NCBI GenBank assembly: GCA_000165425.1
Contig: CT868007.1
Location: 1-64,000, forward strand
Length of the DNA: 64,000 nt
From: Paramecium tetraurelia
Lineage: Eukaryota
Reading direction: 5' to 3'
Position numbers and translations under genes: made by a program. Position 1 is the stretch's first letter. Each line of letters starts with the position of its first letter. Shown piece after piece: positions 54,887-64,000 of the stretch. A model generated the notes under the pieces. That model ran no database searches. It was not told where the DNA came from and was given only the letters and a program-made list of their open reading frames with translations.

Positions 54887-57242
54887 TCATTTTTATGTAA
54901 ATCCACTCGGTCTAGATGAAGGTTTGGAAGTTGATTTGGCAGCATCAGTATATCTACGGACTCTTTTAAATTGTTGTTATTATTATTATTAAGGAGTAAG
55001 TTCACCAAATGATTGATTGGCTAATCTAAATTTAAAAAAATATTTAAAAATTGAAATACCTCACAGAAGTAGATGCATTTGGAGTCTTTTTGGATTGTTA
55101 TTAAACCAATTTCGGAATGGGTTTCTTGAGATATTTATTTGCATATTCATTAGTTTAGATGAGATCATTTTACTTCTCTTATTTCTGTTGTTAAGTGAAT
55201 TAAGTAAATACAGCTTCTTCTTATTGAATGAGCAAAGTCTACTCTTCCTAAAAGTTTTGATTTTGCTATTATCTTTACTGAATTAAGAGGAATGCATCTT
55301 TGGCCAGAGATTGCTGAGTTACTCCCTTGACATTTTTAATAAGATTGTATTCAATAGGTTCCAAATACTAGTAGAATTGAGGCAAAGATTTAATCAATTG
55401 TATTTACACACTCGCAGCTTTGTCAGAGCTATAAGAGATGATTTGGTTGAGCTATAGAGGAAATCAAAAACGTATAATTACATTGAGTTCTTGAAATCGC
55501 TTTTTACTGATGTATTGTACCAGATTGGACACCCAAAATATGTAACGGACTCTCTTGTTGTTGTTGCCTCGGAAGAACATCAGATTCATGGTGTCTTTGA
55601 TCTTCATTTGGATTTCGTAGTCTTGACAAACACTGTAGAATTTGGCTAAGCATTTCATTGACAGGAGGTCTGAGTGAATGTTTTATTGTTCCTTGTAGAG
55701 GACTGGCAGGATGTGTTGTTCAAAATGCTTTTTGTTAATTAGGTGTAGGAAATTGAGAAGCTGCTCTAAAAACAGTTAATTACATTAATAATTGCTTAAG
55801 CATTTTTGATAGACTTTTTGCAATTATTAATTGATGTCTTTAAACTAAGTTTTCTAGTGGAATAGTGAATTGATATAATTACTAGCTTTTCCTGGTTCTG
55901 TTCGTTGCCCTACAACAACCTATACATTTCAGGTAAATTGATGGCTAATATGCAATCAAGATCTTCACTCTAGATCACACACTCAAACAAATGCCACATC
56001 TTTTGTAACACATAACTGTACTTTAAGATTTATGTACTTCAATTACATCAAACTATTTCGAAACTTCATGCAATATTTTGCAAGCCAGCAATTTGTTCTC
56101 ATGACTCTTATCCTATATTAAAATATCTGCAAATGGCACTAAAATTTAACTTGCATAAGGGCCTTCATTCAAATGCAAGATGATTCCAGGTAAATTATAT
56201 AAATACCATTTCCGAATCTCGTCATTCTGATGCTGACCAAATTTCTAATACAACCCCGTGAACTTGCTCTTAAACTCATCATTAATCAAATCTTGGATCT
56301 GCACGAATGTCTCCCCGCAGTATTGCAAAGCCACACTCAACAACTCTACATTGTTGGTGGATAAACAATCAATGAAAATTGTGGTCTCTTTGATCTACCC
56401 TAATCTACTCTGATTATTACATTATAACTGTTTCTCGGGAATTTGTGTTGAAATCGCAGGAAAGTCCTAATCATGCTCTTCTTCACGTTTATTTGAGTGT
56501 CATACAACAATTCATTTATTTTGTCGATGAAGTATTGTTCTACTAATTCCCCTGACAAGTTGCATATCAAACAAGTAAGCAATTCATCAGCCACTAGTTC
56601 CCTGATTTCATGATCTGGATCTGAACACAATAAACGAGCTCTATCCAATATGGGGCCTTTCATTTCATCCTTCAAGACTGGCGAAATGCACACTATCATT
56701 TTGGCTCCGACCCATCTCCCGATTTCAGGCTATTTTGGTTCACTAAATTGGATTATGATTTTCTCTAAATAGGTCTAAAATTCTTTATAATCAATCAGTA
56801 ACACCAAATGTTGAAACACAGGCATCCAAGCCTATGCCAATTTCCATTGATATAGTTAAATGAAATGTAATGCCAATTGGATGATTTCCTTTGGCTTCAC
56901 TTTACAAGTCAGCAAAGATCTTGCTGCTATTATTTGCAATTCCTCACTTTACTCCATTATATCTCCTCTGATATATTGATACAATTGATCAAAACCCAGA
57001 GATAGCAATCTGTGTAGGTTGTTATATATCTACCAAAGTTGGAAAATAAATTACAGCTAACTTTTAGCGTTGCTATCCTTTCATCAAAATTATTTATGCT
57101 CTTTTGATCTCTGGTAAGTCTTCCTCCAAAGTTAACTTCTTTATTTCTTCATCTTTCTATACAATTTCATAACAATTCGATTTACATTCAAAGTTATTCT
57201 ACTTTCATTTACTTCAAAGTTATCGCAACTATAATCCATCAT
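54887..57242 (-). CDS. HEAT-repeat protein, PP4R4/PP2A-A-like phosphatase regulatory subunit
   Basis: LLCSDPDHEIRE, ELLYDTQINVKK, DLINDEF, LICSDKAASVQ HEAT motifs. Confidence 0.75.
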
Positions 57243-57291
57243 CCTAACTTTAAATGTATAAATAATAAAATAACAAAATATAATTAAATAA

Positions 57292-57660
57292 ATGAATTAA
57301 GAGCACAACGCTAAATTTGTTAGCCAATTATTTGTATACTTCATTGACACTCTTTGAACCTTCCTAGTTGAAATTGAGAGTCTAAGAAAACAAATTAAAC
57401 AATAGGAATTTCAATCCAAATAACAACATCTAAGACTTGGAATGCTAATTAATTCTCTTTTATAATTATATTAAGGAATTTAGTTTAGAAGTAGAATTAA
57501 ATAAGAAAATAAAATCAACTAATGAAACTAAGTTTAGCAGTTCTCCAAAAATAAGTAAGATTAATTGCCATCAAAACAGCATATCAAGCTAAACATCAAT
57601 AAGTAAAGATGAAAATAACTACTATAAAAAAGAGTGTGGATATTTTCTATATTTCTTTGA
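57292..57660 (+). CDS. Possible small hypothetical protein
   Basis: ATG plus short frames needing introns; model unresolved. Confidence 0.3.
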
Positions 57661-57700
57661 GTTTACAAAAATAAAAGCATTTATAATATATTATTTTAAT

Positions 57701-58707
57701 ATGCAACTAAAAATATCTGCAAATTTCGTTGAGCTCTATCTAAATTAGACTCCTTGTGGAATTGGACCCTTAGCTGCTTTACTTTTTGGTGTCAAGATGT
57801 TCCAAGAGAGTATATTATACGTACCAAGTATGATTTCAACTTCAATCCTTTAGCTGTTGATGGATAACAGACATCAAAATAAAATCCACCGAATTATCGT
57901 TCTCCAGCTGCCAGGTAATGAGTAACTAAATTATTAGAAACCTAAAATTTTCGCCAATATCCATAAAACATGATAGTATTGAATTGAAAGGGTGGTTCAT
58001 ATAATAGGAATAATCAGCTCAGGCCCCTACATTGATATTTTTCCATGAGAATGCTGGAAGTATTATAAAAGTAAATGTTAGATCTTGGATATCGCTTAGA
58101 CTATTTTGAGAAATATTACTATAACTTAAAATGTAATATCGTTGCTGTAGCATATCGAGGATACGACGAAAGTTCAGGTAATCCAAATCAAATAGGGATT
58201 CAAAAGGATGCTATTGCTATTGTGAGATACGTTTTCACAAATTTAGAAATAGACAAAAATAATGTTTTTATACATGGAAGGAGTCTTGGTGGAGCAGTTT
58301 CCATTTATGCAGCCAACTATTTTTAGGATTCTAAGAAAGAGAAAATAAGAGCCATCATCTTAGAGAATACTTTCACTTCAATTAATGATGTTGTCAATGA
58401 TTTAGTTCCTAATCTACCAATTTCACATCTCCTATTTTCAAAGAATCAATGGAGAAGTTGTGATACCATTAAAAACATCAAATTGCCCATTCTATTTATA
58501 TCATGTAATTAAATTCTATATGTTTTAGCTGGTTAGGACGAATTAGTTTCCTACAATCACATGAAAAGGCTAATTGAATTATCTGAAAATTCTGAGTTGA
58601 AGCGAGAATATCATATAGCTGATGGGGATCACAATGGAAATTGGATGAAGGATGAGGGAGCATATTTCTAAAATATTTAATCATTCTTTCAAAGCATAAC
58701 AAATTGA
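57701..58707 (+). CDS. Alpha/beta hydrolase, ABHD13/BEM46-like
   Basis: FFHENAG, YRGYDES, HGRSLGGAV (nucleophile Ser), LENTFTS, QDELV, GDHN. Confidence 0.92.
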
Positions 58708-58889
58708 ATTTGCATTTTATGATTGAATATACAATTATCATAAATTTACTAATTATATAAAGAAATATTATATTAGTATTTATTACTTTTGTGATTATTA
58801 AAAATTTCTTTGTTAATTACTTAATTAAAAATTGTATTAATTTGTTAAATTGTTTAGTATTTCTTTTTAAATAACAAGATATTAGTATA

Positions 58890-60119
58890 ATGAAAAATTT
58901 TGGAAAAGAATTTAAAGAGGAATTTGTTATTGAACCTGGATACACTTGTGTTAACCACAGTAGCTTTGGCTATATCCCTAAATGCGTCTTCAAATAAAGA
59001 ATCGATAATTATAGAAAGTTTCTTGAAAACCCTGATTGTTTTGCCCGATACACAATTCCAAAATAATCTCCGCTAGTTAGATAAACTGCAGCAGAATTTT
59101 TGAATGCAAGTCCTAATCAGTGTTTCTTCTCAAATAACTCAGCAGAGTCCATGAATAGCATACTTAAAAGTACTCATCTTAATATCTTTGAGATTTGGGC
59201 TTGTCGGACAAGGATACCATACTCTATTTGAATATAGCCTATCCGATGGTAAAGAATGTGATAAAATATATGAATACTAACTTTAAGGTGAACACATGTA
59301 TGGTAGAACTAAAAGCTGAAGACTTAAAGAAGGAGATTATCCTCTAGTATATTGAGGGTAAGAGTAGATAATATGATTAGAAAATATGAAGTCTAAGAAA
59401 ATAACAGTAGCGGTTTTGGATAATATTTCATCACAGCCGTCAATAAAATTACCAACCAAGGAGTTTATCGAATTGTGCAAGAAATATGACGTAATAAGCA
59501 TTATCGATGGAGCTCATGGTGCTGGGATTAGTGAAATCAATCTCAAAGAGTTAGACCCTGATTTCTTTTTTACAAATTTGAACAAATGGGCATTTTGTCC
59601 ATGTAGTGTTAACTTATTATATATGAAGGAGAAATATTTGAATTAAATACATAACAACACTGTGTCTGTATTTTACGGGGCTGGCATCGAAAAGGAATTT
59701 GAGTATTATGGTACTAGAGATGCGAGTATTATCCTTTCAGTAATCGATGGAATAAACTATATCAACTCATTTGGTCTAAAATAAATAATTGAATATTGTG
59801 AAAATTTAGCATGGGAAGGTAGCAATTTGGTTGCCAAAATTTGGGAAACAGAATTGTTGGCCCAAGGACAAAGCCATGCATTCTGCTATGGTTAATGTGT
59901 TGGTGCCACACAAGGATCACTCTTACATATTGGAATGTTCGAAGAATGTAATAATGAAGATTAATTTAATAGTGCTATGAGAAATATAGTGTGTTTGTAG
60001 TTGTCTTTGAGTTTGATGGAAAATCATGGGCTAGATTCAGTGCCACTATTTACAATTGTTTAGAAGATTATGAGTATGCTGCAAAGTCATTTTTAAATGT
60101 GTTAAAGAAAGAAGGATGA
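58890..60119 (+). CDS. PLP-dependent class-V aminotransferase (cysteine desulfhydrase/Egt2/CefD-like); apparent +1 frameshift at ~59862
   Basis: VNHSSFG, IIDGAHGAG, FTNLNKW (PLP Lys), YGTRD, ARFSATIYN. Confidence 0.9.
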
Positions 60120-60162
60120 AATTTATAAATAGATGTTCTAATTTATAATTTATCTAATTGAT

Positions 60163-61684
60163 TCATCTGAATCCAGATCTTAATCCTGATCCTAATTAGC
60201 TTGATCTAAGATTTCCTAATTCAGTTTATTAAACAAGAGGTACTTCATCTACTTGGTTAGCGAACACGATGGCTTCACCCAAACCTAAAGTCTATTTGTT
60301 TATATTTACATAAAGCTTTATCAATACCAACGTTCTCAGTCTCAGCATCAATTCTCAATATACCGAAGCCCTTGAAAGCTAGGAGGATAATCAAGGTAAA
60401 GAAGGCCACCCATGCAAAGATGATCAACAATCCCAAGAATTGTTTGCCTAATAACTTAGCTCCGAATCCATAGAATGCTCCTGCTTTTGTGTCGAATAAT
60501 GCTGATAACACGATTCCAATGAATCCTGAACCCTATCAAAATAACACATTGATTATTACAAAATAAACTGATACAACCTCAGCTGGGTCATCGATATGAG
60601 CAGCAGGCATAACTTTAGCCAAAAAGCTGTAGATCAAAGCAGCAATAGCACCATAGAGGAATGCTGTCCATGGCTTCATGTCATCTGCAGCTGCACTGAC
60701 TGCTACCAATCCACAAATAACTCCTCTAGACAAGGCTGCCAAGTTTGAGGTTCCATATTAGAAATGTCTGATGACAAAACTGAAGAATCCACCGGTGGCT
60801 CCAGCAATCAAAGTGTTAACAGCCACTAAACCTTAGGTGTATTGAGTTTTAGCTCCTTGATTGACAACTCCTCCATTATAGAAAAGCCATCCAGCCAAGA
60901 CCAACAATGATCCAAATCCAATGTACAATGGAGAATGTCTGTTGAAATCAAGTGTGGCTCCATTATCGAATCTGGCTTATCTGGGTTTCAAAAGGATTGT
61001 CAAAATCAATCCTGCAACACCTGCAGCAAAGAAAACAACTCCTGCACCTGAGAAATCTTTAAATCCAAGAGTACTCAACCTAAATTATTTTTGAATTTCA
61101 AATTACCATCCTGCTGCCAATGTCCAATGTGTTAATCCTGCATATATAAATCCAGAATATAAAACAGAGAAGATTGACCAACCCAAAAATGTCATTCTTT
61201 CGGCTGCTGCTCCTGCCAATATTGCTGTTCCTACTGCTGCACCTGATGCTCGGAATACTAATTTCAAATTAATTATCAATATTACCAAAGTTTGTATAAT
61301 CATTTCCATAAGCTGTTGCTTCCCATTTTGCTCCTGCCAATTTTGTTCCTCCCAAGAATTTAGTTTAGAAATCATCTCCGAAAGAAAAGCCATAGCCAAA
61401 CTAACGATATTTACTTTATTAATTACCAACCACCAAATCAATACAGTTAAAAATAATCCCAAGAAGACTTTGATTACTACTGATTATGAATTCTTATATC
61501 TGACTGATCCTGCTCCAATAAATGCAAACCCAACTTAAGTCAATATTACTATAAATCCAGAAACCAAAACCCAATCATAATCTGTAGTTTATGGACTTGG
61601 TATACTTGCTAATGCAGGAACGGCAGCTATTTAATTATTATTAGAAATACCTGCATCCTAATTATGCCTTAAAAGAGAACTCAT
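60163..61684 (-). CDS. AMT: Ammonium transporter (Amt/Mep/Rh family), atypical pore
   Basis: QVGFAFIGAGSVR, AGAAAER, HW..AGWL..LGFKDFSG, GWLFYNGG, GLVAVS, IDDP; several tiny introns. Confidence 0.93.
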
Positions 61685-62348
61685 ATCTTCCGTTATTTAA
61701 AATAATATTTCAAATAAATTTATTTACTTTCTATTTATATGGTCACTAATATAAATATCATGCATTTAAAATATATTATATAACTAGCAAATTTAATTAT
61801 TTACATGTGATAATCAGAATATCATCATTTCCACTATATTTTACATCCACCTCAATTGTCTATTTATCTAACTAACTAGCATATCATTCCTATACTGCCT
61901 TATATCTTAAAAATTTATTATTTATGAATACCTTCAAGTACTCTGTATTAATGACAGATTATAACTTTTTCTATATGAAATCTTTAAAAAATCATCAAAA
62001 ATTCAAGGAATTGTTAAAACATTACTTTTATACTGCGCGTATTTAACTAGTATAATTTTAATTAAAAATTTTGAACAATTTCTAGACCTATATAATTTTG
62101 AAGGGATAAAATTATTCGAAAAATAAGGCAAATATATCATTGGGGGTATCATATGAGCTTTGCCGATTGAAGAATAACTTATCGTAGGGTTCGGAATTTT
62201 AATAAAGCAATAATTGAGGATCTTGGATACCATTTAATTGAGTTTTTGAAAAGCAGTTAACTGAGATTTAAACAGGTTTCTTGGAGGCTTGAGATTTTAT
62301 CAAAATATAATATATTTATAAACCCCTTTATAATAAATTATTTAATAA

Positions 62349-63420
62349 ATGTCTTCTGTTTAACACTACTTATTGAGAAAGTCTATAACTTTAAACAAAA
62401 ACGCAAACATCTTTATGACTTAACAAGAGATTGACGAATAGCGATTATATAGAAATGGAAAGATAGTTCCGTATTATATAGTTGGTAAACCGGAAATCAT
62501 GGATAAAAAATTAAACAATCCTTAACCTACAGAAGATTCATCGATGAATATAAAAATCAAGCCCATAAGTTACAAAGAATATAAATCCAAGGTTTCACAA
62601 AAACAACAAAATAATCAAGTAGAAGAGGATTAATTCATTGAGTTTGATATGGAACTTGGCTAGGTTGAAAATGAAATTCGATAAGTGCATATCTAATAAA
62701 AAATGAACCAATTTAAACTCCCTTTATCAAAATTAAGTCAAGCAGATCTGGCTGCTGCTGAGAAAGATGATAGAATCATGAAATCTTTTGAATAACAATA
62801 AATAGATTGGCAACAAAGAGTGATAAAGTCAGCTTAAAGATGTAAAAGACACGTTTCCTAATCAATTTATAATAAAATTTAGGCAGAAAGAGAAAGGAAT
62901 GAGGATAGAAAGCTTTTGGATTTAATATAAACTGATGCAGAAAGGCACGGAAATAAGTTATGGGTAATATTCTCTTGACTTTAAGGAAAGATAATTAAGA
63001 TCGAGTTCAGAAGTATTGGAAACCAACTAAAAAATAAGGGCAAAAGGTTTGGAAATCATAAAATAGATGAACAACTCAGGTGTTTATAAGAGACCCAAGA
63101 GTTTTGTCTAAAGATTTGAAGAAAGGTAGGACAGGGTGAATGAATTGACAGCTCAAGGAAATTCAATCCAAAATCTATAAGTAGACATCCTCATTATTTA
63201 TAGATAGAAGGATTGAGTCAATTGGCTCGAGAGACATCGAGTTTATGTAAAATAATCAATGATTAGAAGGAGTTCTAATTAATTAAAAATAGTACATCAA
63301 ATAACTAAATGCCTAATACGAAAAGAAAACACAAGGGACCCTTCAAGAAGCTAGTTCCTGTCGAAAACTTAAATCATTCCCAGGAAATCCTAGCAGTTAA
63401 CTATGATAAATAAATTTTGA
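62349..63420 (+). CDS. Hypothetical protein
   Basis: Open code-6 frame MSSVQHYLLRK... with short introns; TGA at 63418. Confidence 0.65.
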
Positions 63421-63482
63421 GATAATAAGGAAAATTGGAAATTTATAAATAATTTTTCTGAATATAAAATTATATTTATAAA

Positions 63483-64000
63483 TCATTCCTTTGGTTGATA
63501 TTGATGGTAATAATAGGGATACATTAAATTAAAATTACCGTATTATTAATTGCTATGGTAACACTATAGGAATTAGTTGTAATCTTATTGGTAGGCATTA
63601 CAATATTAAAGATTGGAGAACTGATTGAAGATCTACATAAAGATTATATTACTTCAGGAGCTTAAAATTAGTTATTCGATAAATTAGGATTCATAGCAGC
63701 GCCCTGTTTCATTATTCTAAATAAAATAATAAATTTACTTATCTTTTTAAACTACCTATTTCTCTAACAAATTTTAAGCATGATTTTCTTATTCCTTCTC
63801 GTCTTTTACTTGTTCTGCTTGGTTTCCTTGATTCTCTTGACTATGTTGTTGGTGATTTAATTATATTTTTTTAGAGATTTAACGAATCTGGCCTGAAAGA
63901 GGCTGCATACGGTCAGCAGTCACTTAAATTAAATGTTATTTGGGGTCATCTTGGAACACAACTTAGTCAAGACCTTTCTGGGTTTGCTTTAACTTGGCAT
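63483..64000 (-). CDS. 3' end of a hypothetical protein running off the window
   Basis: Coding-like Q/S-rich minus-strand sequence; stop position approximate. Confidence 0.45.

Overview
Left end of a macronuclear chromosome from a ciliate, almost certainly Paramecium. Evidence: mixed CCCCAA/CCCAAA telomere repeats, very AT-rich sequence, TAA/TAG read as Gln with TGA as the only stop (genetic code 6), and many 20-30 nt GT..AG introns. The supplied ORF track uses the standard code and fragments nearly every gene, so genes were re-translated by hand and some ends are approximate. After the telomere and a gap there is a ~7.5 kb subtelomeric zone of decayed genes, then a dense array of about 30 genes. 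Notable points: (1) a thioredoxin reductase ending Gly-Cys-UGA(Sec)-Gly-UGA(stop), followed by a GC-rich hairpin and a SECIS-shaped element with an AUAA instead of AUGA core; (2) an intact papain-family gene with all catalytic residues replaced, sitting with a GTPase relic between the two halves of a split TrxR pseudogene; (3) an ammonium transporter lacking both pore histidines; (4) a PHD-DDT-WSD-PHD candidate ISWI partner; (5) GC-rich 46/45-nt tandem duplications inside the telomere and a perfect 156-bp inverted repeat near the gap, both possibly assembly artefacts.
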